From Clostridiales bacterium (GTDB lineage Bacteria > Bacillota > Clostridia > Caldicoprobacterales > DTU083): a stretch of DNA of 41,442 bases. The position numbers and the translations under genes are program-made. The stretch is taken from the NCBI GenBank assembly GCA_012512335.1, contig JAAZEK010000113.1, forward strand, positions 1-41,442, read 5' to 3'. This document shows positions 27,451 to 36,921 of the stretch, piece by piece; positions within the stretch are counted from its first letter, which is position 1, and each line of letters starts with the position of its first letter. The notes below the pieces were generated by a model. The model was not told the DNA's origin and searched no databases. It saw only the letters and a list, made by a program, of their open reading frames with translations.

Positions 27451-28566
27451 TTGAAAAATGTAAAAATCATACTGGTGACATTTTTATTGTTAATGTATAC
27501 TAATAGTATAGTATTTGCCACGCCTCCTGTAACTAGCGGTAATTCATCGGTTCTTATGGATGGGGGCAGTGGTCGGCTTCTTTATGAAGAGAACAGCCGG
27601 GAAAAGTTGCCCATGGCTAGCACAACTAAGATTATGACGGCTATTGTTGCTTTAGAGCATGGCAGATTGGATGAAAAGATAATAGTAGCTCCGGAAGCTT
27701 CAGGGGTGGAAGGTTCTTCTATCTGGTTATCTCCGGAAGAAACCCATACATTAGAAGACCTGCTCTATGGACTCATGCTACGATCTGGAAATGATGCTGC
27801 TACTGCGATTGCTATTCATATAGGTGGCTCAGTAGAAGGCTTTGCCAGACTTATGAATCAAACTGCAAGAAAAATAGGCGCTGTGGATACTAATTTTATG
27901 AACCCACATGGCTTACATGAAGATAATCATTATACTACAGCTTATGACCTTGCTCTGATTAGCTCCTACGGAATGAGAAATCCTGACTTCGAAGCCATTG
28001 TTTCCACTAAGCATCATACCATCCCATGGGAAGGTCATGAGTGGGACAGGGCGATGAGAAATAAAAATAAAATTCTCTGGAGCTACGAAGGAGCTAATGG
28101 CGTAAAAACAGGTTACACTAAAAAGGCTGGAAGATGCTTTGTTGGATCTTCCAAGAGAGATGAATTCCAGCTTGTTGCTGTAGTGTTAAACTGCGGGCCT
28201 ATGTTTGAAGAATCTTTAGCTTTAATGGATTATGGCTTTGCCAATTATAAGAGTGTTACACTTATAGATGAAGGACAAGCTATTCAAACACTTCCAGTTA
28301 ACAATGGAAGGAAGAAGGAAGTACAACTGATAGCTAAAAAGGATTATACTGTAGCCCTTAAGCCGGAAGAGGCTGAAAAGATAAGAAGAAAGGTACTTTT
28401 ACCAAGTGAATTGGAAGCACCAATAGAAAAAGGGCAATGGGTTGGCTCGCTGCAAATTTATTTAGAAGATAAATTAATGGAAGAAATTCCACTAGTTACA
28501 CAACATGCTGTAACGAAAAGGAGTATTTGGGACTTCTTCCGCAGGGTGGTGAAGTTTGGGAGGTAA
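27451..28566 (+). CDS. dacB: D-alanyl-D-alanine carboxypeptidase. DacB-like by position between scpB and rluB.
   Basis: A signal peptide, SxxK (ASTTKIM), SGN (RSGNDA) and KTG (VKTGYT). TTG start. Confidence 0.85.
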   Translation: MKNVKIILVTFLLLMYTNSIVFATPPVTSGNSSVLMDGGSGRLLYEENSREKLPMASTTKIMTAIVALEHGRLDEKIIVAPEASGVEGSSIWLSPEETHTLEDLLYGLMLRSGNDAATAIAIHIGGSVEGFARLMNQTARKIGAVDTNFMNPHGLHEDNHYTTAYDLALISSYGMRNPDFEAIVSTKHHTIPWEGHEWDRAMRNKNKILWSYEGANGVKTGYTKKAGRCFVGSSKRDEFQLVAVVLNCGPMFEESLALMDYGFANYKSVTLIDEGQAIQTLPVNNGRKKEVQLIAKKDYTVALKPEEAEKIRRKVLLPSELEAPIEKGQWVGSLQIYLEDKLMEEIPLVTQHAVTKRSIWDFFRRVVKFGR

Positions 28567-28574
28567 AGAGAGGA

Positions 28575-29300
28575 ATGAGGCTTCAAAAATATATGGCCCA
28601 TTGCGGGGTTGGTTCCCGTCGAAAATGTGAAGAGCTCATAAAGCAGGGAAGGGTATACATTAATGGTAAGCAAGTAACTACAATGGGTGTTAATGTAAAT
28701 GTAGAAAATGATGAAGTTAGTTTGGATAGAACTCAGCTGTTGAAGCTAGCTGAAGAAAAAATATATATATTGTTATACAAACCTAAGGGTACTATTACTT
28801 CCGTATCAGACCCACATGGAAGAAAAACCGTATTGGAACATATGGGCTGGAAAGGTAGCCGGATATATCCAGTAGGGAGGTTGGATTATGATACGGAAGG
28901 CGTACTCATTTTGAGTAATGATGGAGAATTCACTTATGAGATGACTCATCCAAAGTATGAAGTTGAAAAGGAATACTACTGTGTTGTAGAGGGTTCTCCT
29001 GGGCTTGTTGCAATAAGGCAACTTAGACAGGGAGTAGAGATAAACGGTTTTGTTACTTCGCCAGCCAAAGTCACTTTAATAGAGCAGCAAAAGAAGCATT
29101 CTATTTTGCGTATTGTTATACATGAAGGAAAAAACAGACAGGTACGAAGGATGTTTGAAGCTGTAGGCCATCCAGTAGTGTATTTAAGAAGAGAGAAATT
29201 TGGCAATTTGAGTTTAAAAGGTATGCAAGTAGGTGAATGGCGTAAGCTTGCAGATAAAGAAGTAAAAGGATTAAAATTATTATCGGGGGGTAGGGAATAA
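28575..29300 (+). CDS. rluB: Pseudouridine synthase (RluB/RsuA family)
   Basis: An S4 domain (MRLQKYMAHCGVGSRRKCEELIKQGRV) and the catalytic GRLDYDTEG motif. The ORF track extends to 28527, but GAGAGGA precedes the ATG at 28575. Confidence 0.9.
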   Translation: MRLQKYMAHCGVGSRRKCEELIKQGRVYINGKQVTTMGVNVNVENDEVSLDRTQLLKLAEEKIYILLYKPKGTITSVSDPHGRKTVLEHMGWKGSRIYPVGRLDYDTEGVLILSNDGEFTYEMTHPKYEVEKEYYCVVEGSPGLVAIRQLRQGVEINGFVTSPAKVTLIEQQKKHSILRIVIHEGKNRQVRRMFEAVGHPVVYLRREKFGNLSLKGMQVGEWRKLADKEVKGLKLLSGGRE

Positions 29301-29301
29301 T

Positions 29302-29748
29302 ATGGTTAATTTTAGAAGGATGAAATTAGGTGATCTAGATTCAATTTACAAAGATCCTGAAATCCGTTCTATTATAACTACATCACCAAAGGAGCAAAAA
29401 TTTTCTGTTGTAATAGAAGAAGATAATTCCATCAAGGGCGGGGCAAGCGGTTATGTAATTGAGAATGCAGCATTTATGCAGAATATTGTTGTTAAGAAGC
29501 AAAAGGATAGTGCTGTCTATAAAGACGGCTTAATTCGATCCATGATTCATTTTTTAGAACTTGATGGCATGGATTTTTTATTTGTAGGAGAAGAAAACAT
29601 CATCTATGAAGAGATAGGTTTTAGTAAAACACAGAGAGACGAAAGTTTTAATTCAAATTTCAAAAAAACAATACAAAATGAAATTAAAAATTCCAACTCA
29701 GTTTATTGGATTTCACTTAAAGAATTTTTCAAGAAAAGTGATAATTAA
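29302..29748 (+). CDS. Hypothetical protein (possibly a degenerate GNAT-like fold)
   Basis: A 148-aa ORF with coding-like composition, tightly following rluB. No recognisable acetyl-CoA-binding motif was seen. Confidence 0.4.
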   Translation: MVNFRRMKLGDLDSIYKDPEIRSIITTSPKEQKFSVVIEEDNSIKGGASGYVIENAAFMQNIVVKKQKDSAVYKDGLIRSMIHFLELDGMDFLFVGEENIIYEEIGFSKTQRDESFNSNFKKTIQNEIKNSNSVYWISLKEFFKKSDN

Positions 29749-29854
29749 AGAAGGAATAAAGGAACAAGTGTAGAATTAAGTAAAATTGGGTTAATTTTGA
29801 TTAAGTATATTATTAGGAAAAGACAATAAAATTTTTCCATATGGAGGTTTGCTA

Positions 29855-31405
29855 GTGTCTACAGAAGAAAAAATTATGGAAATGCAGGATAGAAAATATA
29901 CCCTGCAACAAGGCGGTGGCCAAAAGAGGATTAAGCAACAGCATGACAAGGGAAAGCTAACAGCTCGGGAAAGAATTTCAAAGCTTGTTGATCCTGGAAG
30001 TTTTGTTGAAATTGATGCCTTTGTTACTCATCGTTGCTCTGATTTTGGCATGGACAAGGAAACAGCCCCAGCTGACGGTGTTATCACTGGATATGCCACC
30101 ATTGATAATCGACCAATTTACCTATACTCTCAAGACTTTACAGTTAGAGGTGGGTCCTTAGGAGAGATGCATGCTAAAAAGATTACCAAGGTAATGGATA
30201 TGGCTATGAAAATGGGCTGTCCCATTATCTGCATTAATGATTCTGGCGGTGCCCGAATCCAAGAAGGCATTGATAGCCTCAGTGGCTATGGAGAGATTTT
30301 CTTTAGAAATACCATGGCTTCTGGAGTAATACCTCAAATATCTGTTATTCTAGGTCCATGTGCTGGTGGCGCAGTATACTCTCCAGCTCTTACTGACTTC
30401 ATTTTTATGGTTGATGATATTAGCAAGATGTTCATCACAGGCCCTCAAGTTGTTGAAACTGCAACAGGAGAAAAGGTAACTGAAGAGCAGTTAGGTGGAG
30501 CCCAAACTCACAACACAACCAGTGGTGTAGCACACTTACAGTATTCTTCGGAAGAAGACTGTTTCAATGGTATACGCACCCTCTTATCCTATCTTCCTCA
30601 AAATAATTTGGAAGATACACCTATTTGTGAGAATGAAGATGACTTGAATCGTCTTTCAGTAGAATTAAATTCCATTATTCCAGATAGTCCTAATAAATCC
30701 TATGATGTGAAGGAAGTTATAGAAAGAATAGTTGACAATGGACAGCTATTTGAGATTCAGCCGCAATTTGCTCAAAATATTGTCGTAGGTTTTGCTAGAC
30801 TTAATGGGAAATCCATAGGGCTTGTTGCCAATCAGCCTAAGGTAAAAGCAGGGGCATTGGATATAAATGCATCTGACAAGGCTGCACGTTTTATTCGATT
30901 CTGCGATAGCTTTAACATACCTGTTGTAACTTTAACTGATGTCCCTGCCTTCTTACCTGGAGTAGATCAAGAACACAACGGCATTATTCGTCATGGTGCA
31001 AAGCTTCTATATGCATATTCTGAAGCAACCGTACCTAAGATTAATATTATTTTACGTAAAGCTTATGGCGGAGCGTATATTGCTATGAGCAGTAAGCATC
31101 TTGGCACTGACTTAGTTTTTGCATGGCCTACAGCAGAAATTGCTGTTATGGGCCCAGAAGGTGCTGCAAATATAATTTTCCGAAACGACATAAAGAACTC
31201 AGATGACCCTATTAACTACCGTCAGGAAAAAATAGAGGAATATCGGGATCGTTTTACCAATCCCTATACAGCAGCAGCTAGAGGGTATATTGATGATGTC
31301 ATCGAACCTGAAGCTACCAGGCCTCGCTTAATCAGCGCTTTAGAAATGCTACAAAGTAAGAGGGAAACAAGACCACCAAAGAAACACGGGAATATTCCGT
31401 TATAA
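29855..31405 (+). CDS. Acyl-CoA carboxyltransferase subunit (methylmalonyl-CoA carboxyltransferase 12S / MmdA / PccB family)
   Basis: The motif DSGGARIQEG, then GPCAGGAVYSPALTDF, with a two-domain crotonase-like CT layout. GGAGG (29843-47) best serves the GTG at 29855. The ORF track starts at TTG 29849. Confidence 0.88.
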   Translation: MSTEEKIMEMQDRKYTLQQGGGQKRIKQQHDKGKLTARERISKLVDPGSFVEIDAFVTHRCSDFGMDKETAPADGVITGYATIDNRPIYLYSQDFTVRGGSLGEMHAKKITKVMDMAMKMGCPIICINDSGGARIQEGIDSLSGYGEIFFRNTMASGVIPQISVILGPCAGGAVYSPALTDFIFMVDDISKMFITGPQVVETATGEKVTEEQLGGAQTHNTTSGVAHLQYSSEEDCFNGIRTLLSYLPQNNLEDTPICENEDDLNRLSVELNSIIPDSPNKSYDVKEVIERIVDNGQLFEIQPQFAQNIVVGFARLNGKSIGLVANQPKVKAGALDINASDKAARFIRFCDSFNIPVVTLTDVPAFLPGVDQEHNGIIRHGAKLLYAYSEATVPKINIILRKAYGGAYIAMSSKHLGTDLVFAWPTAEIAVMGPEGAANIIFRNDIKNSDDPINYRQEKIEEYRDRFTNPYTAAARGYIDDVIEPEATRPRLISALEMLQSKRETRPPKKHGNIPL

Positions 31406-31440
31406 TAACTTTATTCAATCCTGAAGAGAGGTGTAGAATC

Positions 31441-31662
31441 TTGGGTTTAAAACCTATTATGGAAGCAAAGTATGAAATAATATCAATAGATGGAGACGAA
31501 AACTCCGATGAACTTATAGCTGTTATTACTGCTGCAGTTGCTGCATCTCTGAATCGATCCACTCATTCTCTAGTGGTCCGTTCTGTGAAGCAAATACATA
31601 CTGGCTCACCAGCTTGGAATAGAGCAGCAAGGCTTGATTTAACTAGGTCTTGGTTTTCATAA
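31441..31662 (+). CDS. Small OadG/MmdD-like accessory subunit lacking an obvious TM helix
   Basis: DELIAVITAAVAASL ... SPAWNRAARL matches the conserved C-terminal pattern of small OadG-family subunits found in decarboxylase operons. No hydrophobic N-terminal segment is present. The start is uncertain (TTG 31441 or ATG 31459). Confidence 0.5.
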   Translation: MGLKPIMEAKYEIISIDGDENSDELIAVITAAVAASLNRSTHSLVVRSVKQIHTGSPAWNRAARLDLTRSWFS

Positions 31663-31705
31663 GATATTATACGAAAAATTATTGTACTAATTGGGAGGAA
31701 GAAGT

Positions 31706-32149
31706 ATGCGTAAATTTATGATAAATGTCAATGGTAGATCCTATGAAGTAGAAGTGGAGGAAGTTGGAGGTGTTGAAAGCGCACCTAAGGCAGCGCCAGC
31801 TGTTCAAGCTACAGCACCTGCACCTCAAGTAGCTCCAGTAGCAGCCCCTGTTGCTCAACCTGTCGCTCCAGCACCTGCTACTAAGCCAGTAGCAGCACAA
31901 GCACCAGCACCTGCTCAATCTACAGGTGCTACAGGTTCAGTTAGTGTAAATGCACCTATGCCAGGTAATATACTTGACGTAAAGGCAAAAGTAGGAGAGT
32001 CTATTCAAAAGGGTCAAGTTGTTGTAATTCTAGAAGCCATGAAGATGGAAAATGAAATCATGGCTCCACAAGACGGAAAAATTACTTCCATCAATACATC
32101 CAAGGGCTCCATTGTAAACTCTGGCGATTTATTGTTCTCAATGGAATAA
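31706..32149 (+). CDS. Biotin carboxyl carrier protein (1.3S / MmdC-like)
   Basis: The biotinylation motif EAMKMENEI lies in a C-terminal biotinyl/lipoyl domain, preceded by a roughly 50-aa Ala/Pro-rich linker. GGGAGGAAG precedes the ATG at 31706. The ORF track starts at 31691. Confidence 0.9.
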   Translation: MRKFMINVNGRSYEVEVEEVGGVESAPKAAPAVQATAPAPQVAPVAAPVAQPVAPAPATKPVAAQAPAPAQSTGATGSVSVNAPMPGNILDVKAKVGESIQKGQVVVILEAMKMENEIMAPQDGKITSINTSKGSIVNSGDLLFSME

Positions 32150-32190
32150 TTTGACTTGAGTTTTACAGAATACTAAGGAGGTAATCTTAT

Positions 32191-33588
32191 ATGGCAAAAG
32201 TGAAAATAACGGAAACCGTTTTACGAGACGCACACCAGTCTCTTATAGCAACAAGAATGACAACTGATGAAATTCTTCCTATTGCAGAGCTAATGGATCA
32301 GGCAGGCTATTATTCCCTTGAGGTATGGGGTGGAGCAACCTTCGATGCCTGTCTTCGTTTTCTAAATGAAGATCCTTGGGAGCGTTTGCGAAAGATACGA
32401 AAGGCTACTCCAAATACTAAATTACAAATGTTACTGAGAGGTCAAAATATATTAGGTTATAAACACTATCCTGATGATGTACTCACTGAATTTATAAAGA
32501 GAACTGTTGGTAACGGAATAGATATCATTAGAATTTTTGATGCTCTTAATGATATTCGAAACCTTGAAACTGCAATGTTGGTCACAGTTAAGGAAGGTGC
32601 ACATGCACAGGCTGCTCTTTCCTATACTACTAGTCCGATACATAACACACAGCATTATATCGATACAGCAAAGACTTTGGAATCTATGGGCGCTAGCTCC
32701 ATCTGTATAAAAGATATGGCCGGATTATTAAAACCCTATACGGCTTACGAGCTCGTTAGCGAATTAAAGAATGCAGTTACTATTCCCATTGATGTCCATT
32801 CACATTATACCTCTGGATTGGCATCTATGACCTATATGAAAGCAATTGAAGCTGGAGCAGATATAGTAGACTGTGCAATTTCTCCTATGGCTATGGGAAC
32901 CTCACAGCCACCTACCGAACCATTGGTAGCTGCTTTGCAGAACACCCCATATGATACTGGGCTTAATTTGGATGTTCTTAACGAGATAGCCGACTATTTC
33001 AAGCCTCTACGTGAAAAGTACATGAAATCTGGCTTGCTCGATCCAAAGGTTTTATCAGTGGATGTAAATGCACTTATCTATCAGGTACCAGGTGGTATGC
33101 TATCCAACCTTGTTTCTCAGCTAAAGCAGCAGGGTAAGGAAGATAAAATGGATGAAGTGTTACAAGAAGTTCCAAGAGTAAGAGAAGACTTAGGTTTCCC
33201 GCCACTTGTTACCCCTACAAGCCAGATAGTCGGTACCCAAGCTGTGTTAAATGTCATAATGGGCGAAAGATACAAGATGGTAACAAAGGAAACCAAAGGA
33301 TATGTTAAGGGCGAATATGGCAGGTCACCAGTAGAAATCAAGGAAGATGTCCGAAAGAAACTAATTGGTGACGAAGAGCCAATTACTTGTCGACCAGCTG
33401 ATTTGATTGCACCTGGAATGAATGAGTACCGAGATGCCATCAAAGCTTATATAGAGCAGGAAGAAGATATATTAAGCTATGCATTATTCCCACAGGTAGC
33501 AGAAACCTTTTTCAAGTATCGGGAAGCACAAAAATATAAGATTGACAGCACTTTGGTTAGCTATGACTACCAGATTCATCCCGTATAA
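32191..33588 (+). CDS. Pyruvate/oxaloacetate carboxyltransferase (transcarboxylase 5S / OadA N-terminal / PycB-like) without a biotinyl domain
   Basis: A TIM-barrel CT with motifs LRDAHQS, KDMAG (the carbamylated Lys position) and DVHSHYTSG (HxH metal site). The 465-aa protein ends before any AMKM domain. Confidence 0.88.
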   Translation: MAKVKITETVLRDAHQSLIATRMTTDEILPIAELMDQAGYYSLEVWGGATFDACLRFLNEDPWERLRKIRKATPNTKLQMLLRGQNILGYKHYPDDVLTEFIKRTVGNGIDIIRIFDALNDIRNLETAMLVTVKEGAHAQAALSYTTSPIHNTQHYIDTAKTLESMGASSICIKDMAGLLKPYTAYELVSELKNAVTIPIDVHSHYTSGLASMTYMKAIEAGADIVDCAISPMAMGTSQPPTEPLVAALQNTPYDTGLNLDVLNEIADYFKPLREKYMKSGLLDPKVLSVDVNALIYQVPGGMLSNLVSQLKQQGKEDKMDEVLQEVPRVREDLGFPPLVTPTSQIVGTQAVLNVIMGERYKMVTKETKGYVKGEYGRSPVEIKEDVRKKLIGDEEPITCRPADLIAPGMNEYRDAIKAYIEQEEDILSYALFPQVAETFFKYREAQKYKIDSTLVSYDYQIHPV

Positions 33589-33624
33589 TTCGTTGAGAAA
33601 ACAATAAAAAAGGTTTATAATATA

Positions 33625-33654
33625 AGGGTCTTTAGATAAGGCCCTTTTTCTTTC
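33625..33654 (+). terminator. Rho-independent terminator after the carboxyltransferase cluster
   Basis: AGGGTCTT-TAGAT-AAGGCCCT (8 bp including one G-U pair), followed by TTTTTCTTT. Confidence 0.7.
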
Positions 33655-33722
33655 CCGCAAAGCATAGTCATACAACGACAAGTCAAGTAAAACAATAATT
33701 ATATATGAGATAGGTGGGTAAC

Positions 33723-34664
33723 ATGAAATCATATTATATAATAGATAGCCATTGTGATACGATTGGGAAGGTTGCTGAACACGGAATAGAAGCCTTTCGA
33801 AACAATGAATACCACGTTTCTGTAGAAGGACTACGAAAGGGTAAGGTTGGTCTTCAATTCTTTGCAGCATGGATTAACCAAAAGGCAAACACATCCTGTT
33901 TGCAACAGGGTTTGAGACTAATAGATTCCTATTATACCATGCTAAGTGCTTACCCTGATGCTTTATCTCCTATAAGAACACCTCAAGATTTAGATATAGC
34001 TATTGAGAATAATATGATAGGGGCTATGCTTACAGTAGAAGGTGGAGAGGTACTAGAAGGGAATCTTTTGAATCTCCGCATTTTGTATCAGCTTGGTGTA
34101 AGAGCCATGACATTAACCTGGAACTACCGTAATGAAATTGCCGATGGTGCGATGGAGACCTTTTCCAATGGTGGTCTTTCATTGTTTGGTCATGATGTTG
34201 TTAGGGAAATGAATAAACTAGGTATGATTATTGATGTATCTCATCTAACTGAAAAGGGATTCTATGATGTATTAGAAGTATCAGAAAGACCCATAGCTGC
34301 CACTCATTCCAATGCTTGGTCCATCCAGTCTCATCTGAGGAATTTAAAAGATAAGCAAATTCGACTACTAGCAGAGCAGAGAGGAATTGTTGGGATTAAT
34401 TTTTATCCACCTTTTTTATCTCAGGGTCCAACCTCAGTAAGTGATATTATAAAACACATTGAATATATATCTGCCCTTGTAGGTGTAGATGTTATTGGAT
34501 TTGGAGCGGATTTTGATGGAATAGGTGAAACGCCTACTGATATAAAAGGTCCACAAGACTATGATAAGATAATTAATGCTTTACTTCAGCTCAACTACTC
34601 AGAAGATGATGTGAAGAAAATAGCATTTGAAAATTATAAAAGATTTATAAGTGAAGTGCTATAA
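33723..34664 (+). CDS. Membrane dipeptidase family (M19) metallopeptidase
   Basis: Motifs IIDSHCDT, LTWNYRNE, IDVSHL and GADFDG. The ATG at 33723 follows TAGGTGGGT. The ORF track starts at GTG 33714. Confidence 0.85.
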   Translation: MKSYYIIDSHCDTIGKVAEHGIEAFRNNEYHVSVEGLRKGKVGLQFFAAWINQKANTSCLQQGLRLIDSYYTMLSAYPDALSPIRTPQDLDIAIENNMIGAMLTVEGGEVLEGNLLNLRILYQLGVRAMTLTWNYRNEIADGAMETFSNGGLSLFGHDVVREMNKLGMIIDVSHLTEKGFYDVLEVSERPIAATHSNAWSIQSHLRNLKDKQIRLLAEQRGIVGINFYPPFLSQGPTSVSDIIKHIEYISALVGVDVIGFGADFDGIGETPTDIKGPQDYDKIINALLQLNYSEDDVKKIAFENYKRFISEVL

Positions 34665-34699
34665 CAATTTAGTTTTTCACTACCGGAGGATGGTATACT

Positions 34700-35548
34700 T
34701 TGAATTTGGATAAAGTAAGAGGCAGGATTGACCTTCATACTCATACAAACGCCTCTGATGGGCTTTTAAGCCCTACGAAGCTAATAGAATATTCGTTGCT
34801 TAAGGGATTGCAGGCTGTTGCAATTACAGATCACGATACGACAGATGGTATTGATGAAGGAATATCAGCTGGAAAAAAATATAAAGTTGATGTTATACCT
34901 GGAATTGAACTAAACTCACAAATAGACAACCAAGAGATCCATATTTTAGGGTATTTTATTAATAGAAGCTCTCGTGAATTACAGGATGTCCTATTAAAAA
35001 TGAGAATTTCCAGGAAGAATAGAACAAAAAAAATGGTAGAGAAACTAATTGAGCTCTATGGATTCCCTATAAGTTTTGATGACATTCTAAATCAAGTACA
35101 GGGAGAAACAATAGGAAGACCTCATATAGCCCGAATGTTGGTTTCCAAGAAGCTAATAAATGATGAAAAGGAAGCATTTGAAAAGTATATTGGAACAGAC
35201 TGCCCAGCTTACATCAAGCGTTATCACATAACTCCAAAAGAGGCCGTTGAGCTTATAAAGAATGCAGGAGGCGTTCCTGTACTAGCTCATCCTGGACTCC
35301 TTCCTGAGCCAGATTTGATGGAAAAAGTGCTAAATGTAGGCATTCAAGGAATAGAAGCCTATCATAGCAAACATACACAGGATCAAGCAGATTATTATTC
35401 AGCGGTGGCGAAGAGTCACGGGCTAGTGATAACCGGTGGAAGTGATTGTCATGGAAATTTATTTAATGGACTACCAATTGTTGGAGATGTTTGCGTAGGT
35501 ATGGAAACAGTAAATGAGCTTAGAAAGCTAGCCAATTTTTCTTTTTAG
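34700..35548 (+). CDS. PHP-domain phosphoesterase (TrpH/YciV-like)
   Basis: Motifs DLHTHTNASDG, ITDHDT, AHP and GGSDCHG. TTG start after GGAGGATGG. Confidence 0.85.
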   Translation: MNLDKVRGRIDLHTHTNASDGLLSPTKLIEYSLLKGLQAVAITDHDTTDGIDEGISAGKKYKVDVIPGIELNSQIDNQEIHILGYFINRSSRELQDVLLKMRISRKNRTKKMVEKLIELYGFPISFDDILNQVQGETIGRPHIARMLVSKKLINDEKEAFEKYIGTDCPAYIKRYHITPKEAVELIKNAGGVPVLAHPGLLPEPDLMEKVLNVGIQGIEAYHSKHTQDQADYYSAVAKSHGLVITGGSDCHGNLFNGLPIVGDVCVGMETVNELRKLANFSF

Positions 35549-35727
35549 CTAAAAAAAAGAATAATCTATATAATTATTTGTGAAATTTATGCTGTAGAAG
35601 AGAGAAAGAAGAGATTTTGTATATAAACTAATAATAAATGCATAGACTAAAAGATTTCATCGTGTTATAATAATTCTCGTGTGACGGATTTAAAATTCAA
35701 TCTTTCATTTTAGGGGGAAACACCAAC

Positions 35728-36921
35728 ATGATGTTATCAAAAAAGAATCAAAATATTGCAGAGTCTCTTACTTTAGCTATAGATGCAAAGTCGAAAAAAA
35801 TGTCAGCTGAAGGCCATGATGTTATTGGATTTGGTGCCGGAGAGCCCGACTTTCCTACACCAGATTATATTTTAAAAGCTGCTAAAGAAGCTCTTGACAT
35901 AGGGCTTACAAGATATACACCTTCATCAGGAACATTGCAGCTTAGAGAAGCAATATGCAGGAAATTAGAAAGAGACAATCGTCTTCATTATACACCCGAT
36001 GCAATTATTGTATCTAATGGAGCCAAGCATTCTCTATTTAATGCCTTTCAAGCTATTTTGAATCCTGGTGACGAGGTCATCATACCAAAGCCTTACTGGC
36101 TCAGTTATCCTGAATTAGTAAAAATGGCTGATGGAGTATCAGTTTTTATTGATACAAAAGAGGAAAATTCCTTTAAACCAACTATAGATGAATTAAAAAA
36201 GGCACTGACACCTAAAACTAAGGCACTGGTACTAAACAACCCATGTAATCCTAATGGGTGTGTATATGACCGAGCCGAACTGGTTGCCATTGCTGATTTG
36301 GCTGTAGAGAATGGATTCTTTATAATTTCTGATGAAATATATGAGGAGTTAGTATATGACGGTATGAAGCATATTAGTATAGCTTCTATTAACGAAGAAG
36401 TGAAAGCACTTACCTTGACGATAAATGGAATGTCAAAGGCTTATGCAATGACAGGTTGGAGAATCGGTTATTGTGCTGGTCCTAAGGAAATAATTAGCAT
36501 TATGGGAAATATACAGTCTCATTCTACCTCTAATCCAAATTCTATTGCTCAATATGCTAGTATGATAGCAATAGATGGACCCAAGGAAGAGCTTGAAAAA
36601 ATGGTGGAAGAATTCGACAGAAGGCGTTTGTATATGGCAAAGCGTATTAATGAAATTCCTGGTTTATCCTGCGGGCTTCCTAAAGGAGCATTTTATATTA
36701 TGATGAATATAAAAAGAGCTATAGGGAAAAAGCATGGTAATACCATGATTGATGGTTCATTGACTTTTGCTGATGCTTTGTTGGATACTCAAAAGGTGAC
36801 AGTGGTGCCAGGGATTGCATTTGGAGCTGACAATTTTGTTAGATTATCATATGCTATTTCTAAGGAACAGATAGAAAAGGGTTTAGATCGAATAGAACAG
36901 TTTATGAAAGAACTAGACTAA
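35728..36921 (+). CDS. Pyridoxal-phosphate-dependent aminotransferase (class I, aspartate aminotransferase-like)
   Basis: Motifs GAGEPDFPTP, NNPCNPNG, SDEIYE, SKAYAMTGWRIGY (PLP lysine) and RLSYA. Confidence 0.9.
   Translation: MMLSKKNQNIAESLTLAIDAKSKKMSAEGHDVIGFGAGEPDFPTPDYILKAAKEALDIGLTRYTPSSGTLQLREAICRKLERDNRLHYTPDAIIVSNGAKHSLFNAFQAILNPGDEVIIPKPYWLSYPELVKMADGVSVFIDTKEENSFKPTIDELKKALTPKTKALVLNNPCNPNGCVYDRAELVAIADLAVENGFFIISDEIYEELVYDGMKHISIASINEEVKALTLTINGMSKAYAMTGWRIGYCAGPKEIISIMGNIQSHSTSNPNSIAQYASMIAIDGPKEELEKMVEEFDRRRLYMAKRINEIPGLSCGLPKGAFYIMMNIKRAIGKKHGNTMIDGSLTFADALLDTQKVTVVPGIAFGADNFVRLSYAISKEQIEKGLDRIEQFMKELD

Noticed and set aside
31679-31918. A 79-aa Cys/Arg/Trp-rich minus-strand ORF.
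   Set aside because: It is the reverse-complement reading of the GC-rich Ala/Pro linker of the BCCP gene, so it is an artefact of the low-complexity repeat.
33484-33870. A 128-aa minus-strand ORF across the 5S-like gene end, the terminator and the dipeptidase start.
   Set aside because: It spans a rho-independent terminator and two real + strand coding ends. It has no RBS or domain signal.
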